64,000 nucleotides of DNA from Octopus vulgaris (Eukaryota), in the NCBI GenBank assembly GCA_951406725.2, contig OX597823.1, positions 36,270,001 to 36,334,000 of the forward strand, written 5' to 3'. Shown here piece by piece: positions 23,701-37,200 of the stretch (positions are counted from its first letter, which is position 1; every line of letters starts with the position of its first letter). The notes under the pieces were generated by a model. The model searched no databases, had not been told where the DNA came from, and saw only the letters and a list, made by a program, of their open reading frames with translations. Both the position numbers and the translations under genes were made by a program.

Positions 23701-26700
23701 AAAATAATCTCTATGTTACCCCAGAATCTAAGGTTATTCTTTCCATTAAAATAAAAAAAAAGTTTGAAGCTAAATGCAAAACCTGAAATTTTCCTCTACT
23801 TAAGATTTCAAAGTTTAGAAATGTAAATTATTTGCCATTTGTCTTGTCAGACTACTTCAACGTTAGTCACATTAGGAAAATTTCTGACCCTTACAGAATC
23901 ACCAGAAAGATGTCCAGGTTAACATCAAAAGAAGCAAAAAGGTAATATTGGTAAGCTATGTCATTTAGTTAGTTTTTTTTTCCCACCCACTCATTAAGTA
24001 GTGAAAACAATACTGGTTTCTGTGATTATATATATGAAATCACTTTATGTCCATTTTTTCTGTGCTTGTATAGGGGTAGTCTTTACTGAAAGCACATGAA
24101 AGATGTGATTCGGCTAAACAAGAAGAGAGTGGGTGGCTGCATATTTTTAACAAATTCTCAACTTTTAATTTAGCTGGCTACTAAGCCAGCCGAATGAGGA
24201 CAACTAAATCAGAAAACCAAAAGTATCTACATAATGCTAAAATGTTATTTCTCACTTCAATTAGCAACAAAATCGGATTATTGTGGTGGTAGGATTATAA
24301 TTGTTTAATTTATTTTGCTGGGTTGGCAGAAACATTAGTCAGATTGAAAATTTATTTGGAATATGGTAACCTTCCTGCTATTAAAGCTTAAACCAAATTA
24401 CTTCAGTAGACATAAGCAGCAGGAGTGAAACTCAATTAGACATGTAAGCTGTAATTGCTCTCTGATACAGATTTTTACATGATTAATCAAGTTGTATTGT
24501 TTAATAAACAATTCTGCTGAAGTAAGTTATAGAATGGGGTTAAAAAAAAGTTAGGATTCTTTACAAAACATGTTACTTTGGAGCCTTAAAGAGAGAAGAA
24601 AAAAGATTTATGGTATTTCAGGAATAAAAACCAAAAACAGGATTCCAAGTAGGAATCAAAATAATCTAGACTCCAGACTGGGCTTTCTTTGACTTTACTG
24701 TTGTAGAACAACACCCTAACGTTATTTAAAGAAACACAAATTAATAAATAATTTGGAACTGTAAGAATAAAGCTGATACAGAAATGAAGTGATTTGAAGA
24801 AACAAAAGAAAAATAAAGGAAAAACTATTGTTGCAAAAATAGGTGAGGATTTTAATTGGTTATAAATGAAGTGAAATAAAGAAAAAAAAATTAAAGGTCT
24901 TAAAAATAAGAAAAAAAAAGATATTTGAATAACATTTTTCTAAGTTAAGCATCATTTTTTTTTTTTAAAGTTGGAAGGTAACAAGTGTTTTAGTCATTTA
25001 ACACTCAGCAGATGAGAGATTCTTACTAGACCTGACTGCAAAAAGAAGAAAAAAAGAAAAGGATCAACCAAATGAAAAGAAAGCAAGGAGGAATAACTTT
25101 AGTAACAATACCAGTATTAAAAGATAACAAAAGAAATTTAAATGGTACACAACATTGTCAGGAGGGCAGGGGTTGTCAAGATGAGTTTAACAACAGAAAA
25201 AAAGGAACAAAGAAATGAACAAAGAAACTTTGTAGCAACAATAAAAATATAAATAAAAGTATGCAGCCAGGACTGGTAAAAATATTGTGGTAGAGGAGGT
25301 GGTGATGAGGTTAAGTTTAATCAAAGTAAAATTAAATGTGACAGCTAAGACAGCAACCTCTTATAGACACACACACAAGCAGATTTAGAATTTATTACTC
25401 AGTAAGTAAGCTGACTTACTAAAACTGAGATTGTAGAACAGAACAAAAGATATTCTATGAGCTTTGATATTATATATATATTTATTTGTAGCAGGCAAGG
25501 CAACTTGATTGGCCAATACTGAAACAAATTCAACATACTTGATAGCCTGATCCGTACTCCAGAGGTTGGCAGTTACGACTATCACATACACACACACACA
25601 ATAAATAACAAAATGAATATATAGCAAAGCAAAAGAAGGGATTAGCCTGGCATTGTTCCTTTCTTTTGCAAAATCTTCCCCTTATATATACATATCTATA
25701 TGTATTTTGTTAATAAACCATTTGATGAGAACAACAATAACAAAACTGTTTTTTTTTTGTTTTTTAAGTGGAGGCATAATTGATTGAATTGACGAGGCAC
25801 CATGGTACCTGATAATGATTTCTTTTGGCTTGGAGCCAATCCTACTTTGAGATGAAGAATTGGCTCCAGTATATAACTCATTTCAGTGACCCCTGTAGGG
25901 TTAGGACTCAGGATATTGAAGAGATGAATAAATACTGCAATGCATTTAGTCAAGTGCTCGGCTACTTTACTGGTTGACAATGATAACAGTTGGAGACTGG
26001 CACAAGGCCAATTTCTAAGTGAGGAGGATGAGGAATATAGTTGATGGCATCAACCCTTATAGATTACATTAACCCAAGTAGAATGAAAGGCTAAGTTGAC
26101 TCCAGCAGGATTTGAACTCAGCATGTAAACAGGACTAAACACAGCAACGCCTTTGTCTAGTGCTCTGCTTTTGTCAATCCATCACCCAGTGGCTGATTTC
26201 TCACATTGGCACAAGGAGGGGAACAAATAAAGTGATCACAGTGAACTGCTGATACTTATTTTGTCAAGAGGGATGAAAGATAAAGTTAACCAGCCAGGAT
26301 TTGAACCTAAAAACTGAAGGCTCCCAGCTATATACTGTAAATCATCTAAGCAATCTAATTCTAAATCTACATCAGGTTTGGTGGTGGGATGGAGGTGGTC
26401 ACATAAATTAACCTGTTTTTGTTTTATTTAATCTTGATGATATGAAAGACATAGCTGATCATAGCAGAATTTGAACTCAGAACATTAATAGAAGTGGCAT
26501 TAAAATGCCTTTCTCAACAATTTTGTAAAATGTCTGTAGTAAGATATAGAATGTGAAACCCTTGTTAGGTGGGAGCCAGTTACCTTTATCCGGACAATCT
26601 CAGATTCTTAGAGTTTCCTCCTGTTCAATTGGTCCCATGAAATAACAAAGCTCCCACCAATATTTGAAAGTCGGAACAGTCTGGGTCCCATCCCAGTATT

Positions 26701-28523
26701 AATATCAAGACTGTTGGAAGGCTATAAAAACAAAAGTTGGGTGTCGTTGTGAGGGTGACGTATGAAACAAAGAACACTGTGTCCAGATGGTGAAAAAACA
26801 ATATTTCCTTTTCCTTCCAAAGTGTGATGGTCAATGGTGAACTTAGAAACAGAAATATCATCCATCAATAGGGTAATTAATCCTGACTTGGAGGTGAGGA
26901 AATACAGGATAGAAGAATGCTTTTACCCAAAGCTATTTAGCAATGTAAGTGGAGGAGAGATAACTGGGAATTACTTACAGTGCTCATTCGCTTGCAAGAA
27001 TAGAATACAAAGAGATAAAGGTTCAATAGTTATCTGTGAAAGATGGCAAACTTAGAGGCTCAGATGAAGCAAGATACACAACAGTCCACATTGTTCAGAA
27101 CACACCATCTTAAACATTCCAGGCACAAGTTAATAATTTTTTTTTTCTGGGTCTTTTTCTTTCTTCCTTTTTTTTTAATAAATAAACATATTGAAAACTA
27201 TAACATTGGCAGGAAAAGTGAGTGAATATGTGAGAGAGAAAACAAGAAATTCAGAGATAGGAGGAGCAAGAAGATGAAAGGAAAATAGGAGGGAGGAGGG
27301 GTAAAATAACAATATTTTATATCAACATGACTACAGCAATAATACAGTCATGGAAACCAGCAGTAGTAAACTTGTTTTAATTGAAAATACTTTCCAAAAT
27401 TAATCCATAAAAATAAAAGGACCAAAAACAAAGCTTACTAGACAAACATACTTGCACTGACATTACATGGAAGTCTTCCAACCCCATAAAAACCAGTGCT
27501 AGCACACACAAACACTCACTCACACACACACACTCCCAAGTGTTGCATGTGGCCAACAGTAGAATACTGGGCTGCATCATATCTAAATTCAGTTTTTCTC
27601 TTCAAATTTTGGTGAAACCAACTTAACAGTAATATCCAGGGGTGTGGGGCTCAACTGACAATATATGTCTACATTACAAAGAAAATGGCCTTGAGATATA
27701 ATAAAATATACTTTTTATCGATATAAAAACATTCAGAGTGTGCTAAGTACACTGGTTATGAACATGTGTAGAAGTTAGTCAATACATTAATGTGTGGAAT
27801 AGTGAGGCCATAGCACTAATAGTTTTTAATAAGCTGAAGTATGAACCTGTGCGACTAAGTTCCACATGCATGCATACACACAGGGAAAAGAGGAAGGAGC
27901 TCTAAGGAACAAGAATTTAATTATATTTCTGATTTCTGTAATTTTGTTTAAAACTTTACAATTGTTAAAGTAGATATTTTCATGAACTAAAACAGAATTT
28001 CATGAAGATTATTTAAATTCGTTTTAGGTTTAGAAAGAAAAGTCCCCCCCACCCAACCAAATCATTTTAAATAGAGCTCAAATTACACTTAAAAGAAACT
28101 AAAATTCTAGTGTAAGGCATCACCTATTTTACTGATTAATTTTTCAAAAAAGTATATAAACAAATCTTATTAATTTCAATTGTGTGTGGTTTATATATAT
28201 TATACATATTTGTAACTGTAGAGAACACGGTTTCTTTCAAACATGTAGTGAAAGACAAATGTGTTTGAATAACAATTTTTATTAAAGATATTTTTCATAT
28301 TTCCTTATTTGTCCTTTATGTTAAGTTAACAGTAGTTGTCCTAAGTTCATTACCATTGACCCTCTTGACCACATCTTCTGAAGTGATGATAGTAGGCAAC
28401 AAGTAATTGTGAAATGATGTATCAGATAAATTCACAGTACTTGATTTAAAATTGCTTAGCAGTTAACTCCAGGTTACTTTCATATATTCTGTATGTGCTA
28501 TATGTTATCGATTTTTGGTTTGA

Positions 28524-28880
28524 GGCACAGGTATGACTGTGTGGTTAAGAAGCTTGCTTCCCAACCACTTGGTTCTAGGATCAGTTCCACTGCATGGTAG
28601 CACCTAGGACAAATGTCTACTACAGCCTCAGTGGATTTGGTAGATGGAAACTGAAAGAAGCCCTTTGTGTATATGTGTGACTGTCTCGACATCATGTGAT
28701 TGTTGTAAATGAGAGCCACCATTACACAAGTGGTGTCCTTTGTTTCCAAATTTCTGTGCAAACATTACCTCACTTGGAAATAGGTGAAGGTTCATAGGAA
28801 GAGTATCTGGCTGTAGAAAATTTGCTTCAACAAATTCTGTCCAACCCATTCATGTATAGAAAAGTGGATGTTAAAACGAT
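28524..28880 (+). mobile_element. tRNA-derived SINE with RTE-like tail, near full length
   Basis: Head tgtgtggttaagaagcttgcttcccaacc; tail tctgtccaacccat..gaaaagtggatgttaaaacgat. Confidence 0.78.
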
Positions 28881-29079
28881 ACTTTTGGTAGCAATCATTT
28901 CATAGCTAATCCACTAAAAAAAAATCTATTTAAGATGTTTGTAGTATTAACTAATGGTTTCCAGTTTAATTTTATTTGTATTGTGTATTGCAGTAGTAGC
29001 AGCTTCTTATAAATGTATGGCCAACTGATGACTAAATGTTGTATACCTGTTTAATTATAACACAGACACACACACACAC

Positions 29080-29290
29080 CATCATTTAATATTTATGTTT
29101 CCATGTGTCAGATGGAGTTTGTTGAGGCAGGTTTTCTATGGCTGGATACTTTTCCTCTTGCCAACCCTTGCCTGTTTCTAGATAATATTTCTCATGACCA
29201 GACATGTTTTTCCACATAAGACTGAAAACTAACAACATTGCTTATATGACAATGACACTTATTTACAAATATCACATGACAGGGTACACC
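29080..29290 (-). mobile_element. 3' part of the same SINE family, inverted
   Basis: catcatttaat..ccatg..tttgttgaggcaggttttctatggctggata. Confidence 0.65.
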
Positions 29291-29322
29291 AACCCACATA
29301 CTTGTCATACATATAAATGTAT

Positions 29323-30210
29323 ATATATCATTTAATGTACACAGTATAAAGACATGAGCTACTAATAGTTTGTTTGGAGACATGGGTGTAGGCAGGTTTT
29401 TATAACACCTTGTATATCTGAGCACATGGTTTGGTCAATCTGCAGATCAGGACACTGGTACAAGAGAAATCACGAAGAAATAGAATGAGAAAAAGGTAGA
29501 TGTAAAAAGTTGAAAAAGAAAAATTCCATCTGATTATGCGAATGTGATTTCAAAAAATGTTATGCAAACCACCAATCTTCTTTCTGGCAACATCGACAAA
29601 AGTAAAGCCACTCAGTTGGTTAGCCATGAATAGTGTTTGAAGACCAACTGCACACTATGTATAATCAAGTGGAGAATTGTGCAGAAATCTGCACAATATG
29701 TTAATGGATCTAACAAATGTAAATTATGTGTAGCTGAAAGATTACATTTTCTTTTTTAGATCTAAAAATTCCATCATACTGAATTCCAGATGCAAACATG
29801 AATAAATTTCTTTGGGTGAACTGGAGGACACCACTCTCTCTGAATTGAGCAGCTGCCTTGCAGACTTTGGACCCTTCTCTGTTGAATTATTCTACAATTA
29901 GTAGCTTTATTATAGGTTTACTTGCAGACTTTGGACCTTTCTCTGTTGAATTATTCTACAATTAGTAGCTTTATTATAGGCTTACTTACGAAGGGGACAT
30001 AACTAATTTTCTTTTTGGTTTCTATTCACCCTTCCACTTTTTGTATCTACCTTCTTGTGATTTCTCTTGTACCAGCTTCCTGATTTGCAAATTGAATAGT
30101 GAATAGATCACGTGCTTGGAGACAAGGTATGTTATAAAAACCTGCGTCTCCAATCAAGAAACTATTAGTAGCTTGTATCTTTATACTGTGTGCATTAAAT
30201 GATATCTCTC
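29323..30210 (+). mobile_element. Penelope-like element remnant (GIY-YIG C-terminus) with inverted terminal (pLTR-like) repeat
   Basis: 29528-29805 reads I*LCECDFKKCYANHQSSF/..KATQL..IKWRIVQKSAQYVNGSNKCKLCVAERL..LNSRCKH; 29323-29525 is an inverted copy of ~30005-30207. Confidence 0.78.
29857..29987. repeat. Tandem duplication, 2 x 64 bp
   Basis: cttgcagactttggacc..ctctgttgaattattctacaattagtagctttattatagg at 29857 and 29921. Confidence 0.92.
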
Positions 30211-31107
30211 ACTGGTTGAAGTACTTTTTCTGTCGATCTTGCCTTAATGGAACAGTAAGCTATATATATATATATATATATATACATACACACATACATA
30301 CATACATACGTATATATATACACACACGAGATGAAATAATAGTCAATAACCTGTTGGGATGCTACTGAAAGTGTTTAGAATGTCACTCCTAGCAGCTAGT
30401 GACTATGGCCAAACTTACAAATTTCATGAGAACTATGTAAAGCACAATGGCTACAGCTGTTAATTGAAATAATGTGGCATACTATGAAGTTACAACTGTA
30501 TTCAAGAAGTAAACAAATGCACTTACATACAAGCATGCATGCACATGCACACACACTAATCAAAGAAACGAGTGTGCATAAAGTAATGAAGCCCTTGTCT
30601 TGTCTATCTTCCATACCTATTACATGCCTAAATACCCACTGCAAATAAAAGCCAGCTGGAAAAAAAAAAAAGATGTATTGTTGGTCTCAGAGAGGTATGA
30701 AGGAATGAAGATAAATGAGTAAGGGATAGACTGATAGAGGAATCTGATGTGTTTATGTGTGATTTGCAGATATATGTAGATGAAGAGATGACAAATTATA
30801 GCTACCTACCACCCCTGTGTGCACCCCACTACTAAATTATTTTGCCCCACTTCCAAAGCCCCTCCCCTACCTGCCAGAGTCAACACACACACACACTCAC
30901 ACACACCTAAGTTCAAGTTAAATTTAACAATACCAACAATCCAACTTGTCGGCTGTTGCAAAACAGAGAAAGCAAAAGGATTAAGAGACAAAACAGTAAT
31001 AAAAAGAAATTTAAACTATTGAGAGAGATGAGGAGAAAGAGAGAGAGAAAGAGAAAGGGAGGGGAGAGAGAGAGAGGGAGAGAAAGAGAGAGAAAAGGAG
31101 AGAAATA

Positions 31108-31209
31108 TCAATGTCTATTGCCATAATAGTGCTGCCACACTTCTTGGATCTTGGTCACCCATTCCTGAGCATGTGACATTGGGTCCTCTAAGTAATAAGT
31201 GCGGTTTGG
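31108..31209 (-). CDS. PDPK1: PDPK1 last coding exon [33 protein letters not shown]
   Basis: ctttccag|CCA AAC CGC...CAT TGA, 102 nt. Confidence 0.95.
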   Translation of the reverse strand, partial: PNRTYYLEDPMSHAQEWVTKIQEVWQHYYGNRH

Positions 31210-34173
31210 CTGGAAAGAGATAATGGAAACAGCAGAACAAGTTAAAAAGATGTAAAATGTAATCATGTATGGAGATGATAACAATATTAAGTTTTTAATA
31301 AGTCTCAATTTTTGGCACAAGGCCAACAATTTTGAGGAGAGGTGTTAATTGATTACATCAACCCCAGTGGTTAACTGGTAATTTATTCCATTAAGCCTAT
31401 AAGGACAGAAGGTAAAGTTGATCATGGCAAAATTTGAACTTAGAACATAAAGAGTTGGAAGAAATCCCATTAATGACTTGTACTAATTTTATCAACACCA
31501 CAAAATTCAGAAAAAGTTAAGCTGAATTTCAACTAAAAACATAAGGTGTACCTAAACACTATACATTTTTTTTTTTTTTGGTTCTCTGCCAATTCTGTCA
31601 TGCACTGGAATTGAAAATGGCAAATGATTTTACAATGCCATCAACCACAAATTTTGAGGTGAAAATGCAATCAAACAGACCCAGTATATAACTGGCAAAT
31701 CTGACCAATCCTGAAGGATGAAAAGCTAAACTTAACCTTGATAAGTTCCGTAATGAGAATATAAAGAATTTTGTTCAGCACTACAAATTCTGTATTTAGC
31801 ATAGAATGAGCTGAAATGAATTAAGTCCTTAATGTTTTTGTTGAAGATAGAGAATTTAGTTAAATAACTGTCATTATTACCTTGTTTGGAATGTTAACAC
31901 AAAATCTTGATGAAATTTTAATTTAAAACAGGAAGTTTGTATCAGAATCAGGAGCAGTCTTAGGCTGATTATTATCAAAAAGGTTAACTAATTCTTATTT
32001 TACCAACCCTGGAGGTATGGAAGCAATGTTGGCCCAATTGTATTTGAGAAAAGATGAGACTGAAGCCACTAAGTCTAATGTTATTTCCTACAATATAATT
32101 TTCAGAATCTGACGAAGTTGTGAAACGTAATTTATGAAAATGGCGGCCCAAAGTAAAATTATTTGAGAGAACAATAAGGAAACACACATAGTTGATATCA
32201 CAAGCAAAACCAATTGATTAAAATCTACTTACTGTATGTACAAAATAGATCTTGAAGTTTTTAGCTTCTGGTTTTAATTCTTCTGACCTAGATATAAAGG
32301 ATTATAAATTAGTAATTAATGATGCGAGCTTCAATTGCAGATGAAGACAAATAAGAAAAAACTGAATAAGCACAAAACTGAAGTGCATGTATAAGTGTAC
32401 GTAAGACACCACATGGTCACACCTCAAGTGCACAGGTAATAGGCATAAGGCACATAATGGATTTTTTAATATTTTGAGTAACATTAGTCTGTAATGTTGC
32501 TGTGGTGATTCTTATTTAGCTTACTAATTTTTTATTTTTACAAACTAGAAGAGATAGGATGATAACTTTTTGGAGATGTGATTAATTTTACAGCTTCCTT
32601 ACTTCAAAGAAGTTGAGCTAACAGTCGTTCTGTCAGTCAGCCAATCCTAGTTTAATATGAACTCTTAACCATATGCTCATTTCAGTGGTTTACCAACTTA
32701 ACCCAGTCAGTCTGACTGAGTACAGTAGTTATCAAGAAACTTTACAGATTATGCCACCTTTCTATGTCTGGTACAGGTTAGCTGGAGAGAGCTAATACTA
32801 TTTCAAGCTGTATACCAAAAGTGGTACTGCAAATGAACAAAACATCCAAATAAGTAATTGTTCTCTTCACACTAGGAGAACAGGATTGTCCTGGTATGCC
32901 ATACTGTGCTAATATATAAACTTACAAACTCAATTTTGCAAGGGTATTCAGCAATAAAGATAACCATTGAAAGAGTGCTCCAACTTCCAAATAAAATAGA
33001 GAATATCATGGTTCATCCAACTAGGAATTGAAACTAGATTGTAGGTTATTTCCCCTACAGATCTACTCAACCACATCTGCTACACATGTTAAAAGTAATA
33101 AGGGAAAAATTCTTGCAGTAACATGACCTACCATGGTATTTCTCCTTTAAGGACTTTATTTACAGGGTCTACATAGTATAGATGAGGTCCTTCAGTTAAT
33201 AACAGCATTCTTCTTCGAGCAAAAAGACCCTGTAAGCAAAATGTGTGAGTACATGTATACACATAAATAAATACAGAATACACTTGAAGATTTCAGTCTT
33301 CAATCCACAGAGATAGATTTGGGCAAAGTGCAAAAAGAGTGAAAATATTAGACTTCTTAGATACAAACATATGTATGCTTTAGATACTGTGTGTGTGAGA
33401 GGGTATGTGCAAAGTGAAGCCACTTGGCACAGATTGACCTTGAACTAAATTTTAACATTCTACCTCACTTTTGCTGTTTACAGCAGTGCTTGGAAGTAAC
33501 GTGTAGCATGTGTTAGTAGCACTGACCATGACAAGGAGAGTTGAGAAGACAATTTGCATCAAATTTTGCCAAAAGCTTGGTGATAACCTGATCAGAGGCC
33601 TACACAAAGTTTTCACCATTCTTGACACAATCAAGGAGAGTTTATGCAACTGAAACCTGTGAGTCTTTTTGATCAGCTGAAAGTAGTTTGGGTACAAACT
33701 TGGCAGACATGCGTCTCATACTCAAATCTTCAGTGATACTGAACTGAACTGTAACTAATCTGCACATCCTCTGATAACTCATGGATGGTGATTCGATGAT
33801 TTCCCCTCACATCTGCGATGTTTTTCTCAGTTTTGCTGGTTTTAGGTCTGCCAGAACGTTTGTCACTATCAACATTTTTTCAGCCATCTTGGAAACGTCT
33901 GAATCATTCATACACTTGTGTGCAGCTCATATACTCCTCTTCATATACTTTCTGCAGCTTTGCATAGACCTCTGAGCAGGTATTGCCATAACAACTTTCT
34001 CTGTCATGGTCAATGCGATGATCACATTACATCGAAGCACTGTGAAAGTGAGCTAGAACATTAAACATAGTGCACATGCACAGTAGAGGTCAAGGACAAT
34101 CTGTGCCAAGCAGCTTCACTGTGTGCTTTAGCATTGTTATAGAGGCAACAGGCCGGATATTTATTGATTAGTC

Positions 34174-34225
<52 letters not shown>

Positions 34226-37200
34226 CCTTTTATGTCTGTTTTCCATGCTGATAAGGGTTGGATGGTTTGACCAGAGCTGGCAGCCAAAGAGCTGCACCAG
34301 GTTCCAGTTTGATTTGTATGTATGCTCCAGATATAGATGTGCGCGCATGCCTGTACGCCCCAGATACAGAAGTGTGTGCACACCTATATGCCCCAGATAC
34401 AGACACACATGCACGTTTGTATGCCTCAGATACAAACATATGCATGTCTGTATGCCCCAGATACAAACATAATGCATGTATGCACACAAATACATATGAG
34501 TATATTAATACTTGTGGGCATAAGTATGATGTATGGTCATAGAAAATATTTTAAGAGAAAAATCTATATCAGTAAGACTAGTTTTGTAAAAACTTACCTT
34601 ACGCTTATCTACTAAGCCTTGTTTCAAAATGAGATTGCCTTCAACAAATTTGTGAAAATCATTTTCTCGGGCCTGTTTTTCGAGCAATTCTTTCCGTTGA
34701 TCTTCAGTAATCCTACAATGAAAAACAACCATCTTCCATAAATGGCACAAAACAATGTATATTTCATTTATCATGTTTTTTTTTATCATTATTCTACTAG
34801 CTGCTGCTAACTAATGAATGTATAAAGTGCAGTAAAAGGGTAGTGAACTTCTAAATAGAGGAACCTTAAATTTTTTTAACCCTTTAGCTTTTAAACTTGC
34901 CATATCTGGCCCAAATATTCTGCCCATTTTATTTTTAAACTGGCCAGATCTGGCCTCTCACACCTATTAATATCATTCTAAAAATAAACAATCACTGAAA
35001 ATTCAAAGATAATTAATTCAAACAATAAGAATAAATAACATATAACATTTGACAGAATAATCTGAATGCTAAAGGGCTAATAGCTTCAACTTGTGACATG
35101 GAATTGCTCTCCTCATTAACAAATGCTTCCTGCACAACTGATCAGGGATTGAGTTACATAAAATGCAATCCAGCTTTGTGACCAGAAGAGGTAGTATTGA
35201 TGCAATCGTAGTCTTTTTTGTCACCAATAGAAGTAACTGTTCCTTGAATTTTCCTTACTATGTTCTTACTTGGAGTATACTTTCAGAGCATCCTCTTCCA
35301 TTACTAATTTGAGTACCTAAGAAACAAGCTGCTATCAACCACCTCTAGGAATACAATTCTACATTTAAGAGATGAGGAATTATGTACATTATTTACATTC
35401 GACAGATATTTGTCCTCATCTTGTTTTCTGTTAACACAACGTTTCAGCTGATACACCCTCCAGCCTTCTTCAGGTGTCTTGGGGAAATTTCGAACCTGGG
35501 TTCTCATTCCTAAGGTATTTTTTGATATCATTATTATTATTGTTCAGGTCACTGCTTCGATTCGAACTGGGAATCTTGGGGTTAGTAGCCCGCGTTCTTA
35601 ACCACTACGCCATATGCCTGTGGGCAATTATGGAGTGAATGCTCAGTGCAAAGAATATAAGTAGCGATCATGATACACAAAACGAAGAAATGATCAAGTT
35701 AAATAACGATCTGTTAAGCAACAACTACCCCAAAAGTATACTATCCACTCCAATTATGAGTGGTCACAAACTGTAGCAACCCTTGTTTTTTCTTGGACAA
35801 TTTTGGAATTGTGGAGAGCACAGACTTGTATGCTAGTGTAAGAAAAATAAAATTGAATAAGAACTTTCCAACCACCGATCCAGGGTCTCTAGAAACAGCA
35901 TATCCTGATCTTTGGTAATTATAGGGTTCAATTACTAAGCAATGAGTCATATGGATTTCAGCTGTTGTTACATTCAGGTCTTTCTAATGGGAAAATAGTC
36001 CTAATCTCGTACTTCAAGTAATTAATCACCATCATTTAACATCCGCTTTCCATGCTGGCATGGATTGGACAGTTTGGAAGACAGCACCAAGCTTCAGTGT
36101 CTGTTTTGGCATGGTTCTTATGGCTGGATGCCCTTCCTAACACCAATAACCCTGTGGAGTGTTTAATTTTTCACTTATTCACAGTAGTTACATTAATTCA
36201 CAGAAAATGTTACAACAATTATTTTACTGTCACTGACAGTGTTGGTGGTTTAACTGATGTACTCTTTGTTATAGGTGACACTTGGAGCAGTGATTTCACA
36301 AAAACCAGGGAGAGGATTGAGAAGCGTGGTCCATTAGGTGTAGCAATGTTAACTTGAGGTAAATTAGGGGGCTGAACAACAAAAAATGGCAGTTGGTTGC
36401 TGAAAGAGAGATAACCAAATAATGTGGTAATGTTGTTAGAGCATTCGCAAGGTAAAAGGGGATTTGATGGTGTTATAGCAATAGATAGAGACCATTATTT
36501 CACATTTAAGGAAATTTAAGGTTTCAAAATTGAAATGTGTGTAGAGATGTTCCATGAAACACTTGCCACGCATCAATGTGCTCTCACTTTAGAGAAATTT
36601 TGACAAAAATAATGTTGCTGTTGACATTAACAAAACCTGTGGATCTAGCATCCAAACCTCTGAGCAAAACTTCTTGCCTAAGGGTCTCCATCCATTTCAC
36701 ATCTCTTGGAAAGCTTGCTTCCAGATTGCAACATTGTAGCATATGTTGAGTACTCTCTATAGCTCATTCTCTAGGGTTCCTCAGGATCTGCCCTCTCTTC
36801 CAAGATATCAATCACTCACTACCATATTCAACAATACCCATTCCTATGCACATGATCTCCACTCCTCTCTCATCTCCCTTAACCATGCATTATCCACATG
36901 TAACCTAGACACCACACCTGAAAATGGATACCTTATAAACATCCTGCAGTGAATGCATGGGTGGGTCATGCCAACAATAATTTCTTAACAGCTAAGAAAC
37001 TCAAACACTATTCATAAGAAAATACTACTCTAATCATAAGTGGCATTCAACTAGAGACCTCCCATCTCTCCAACTGTCAGACCACACAATCATCAAAGAT
37101 CTTTTAGCATAGTTAAGACCATATCCCAAAGACTAACTCTTCTCTTCAGGGCCAGAAGATATGCTACTGATACTCCACAAGGATAGAGGATTTACATCTA

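Noticed and set aside
25027-25035. Minus-strand tttttgcag|TCAGGTCTA|gtaaga, a 9-nt micro-exon-like signal
   Set aside because: Lies downstream of the PDPK1 stop with no partner exons; U-rich sequence can produce this by chance.
34321-34480. Repeat array with CRISPR-like spacing
   Set aside because: Eukaryotic context, degenerate units, short related spacers, no cas genes; a minisatellite.
36220-36399. Possible extra PDPK1 linker exon after ctctctttcag
   Set aside because: No good donor, no PDK1-like peptide, and flanking exons already join in frame.
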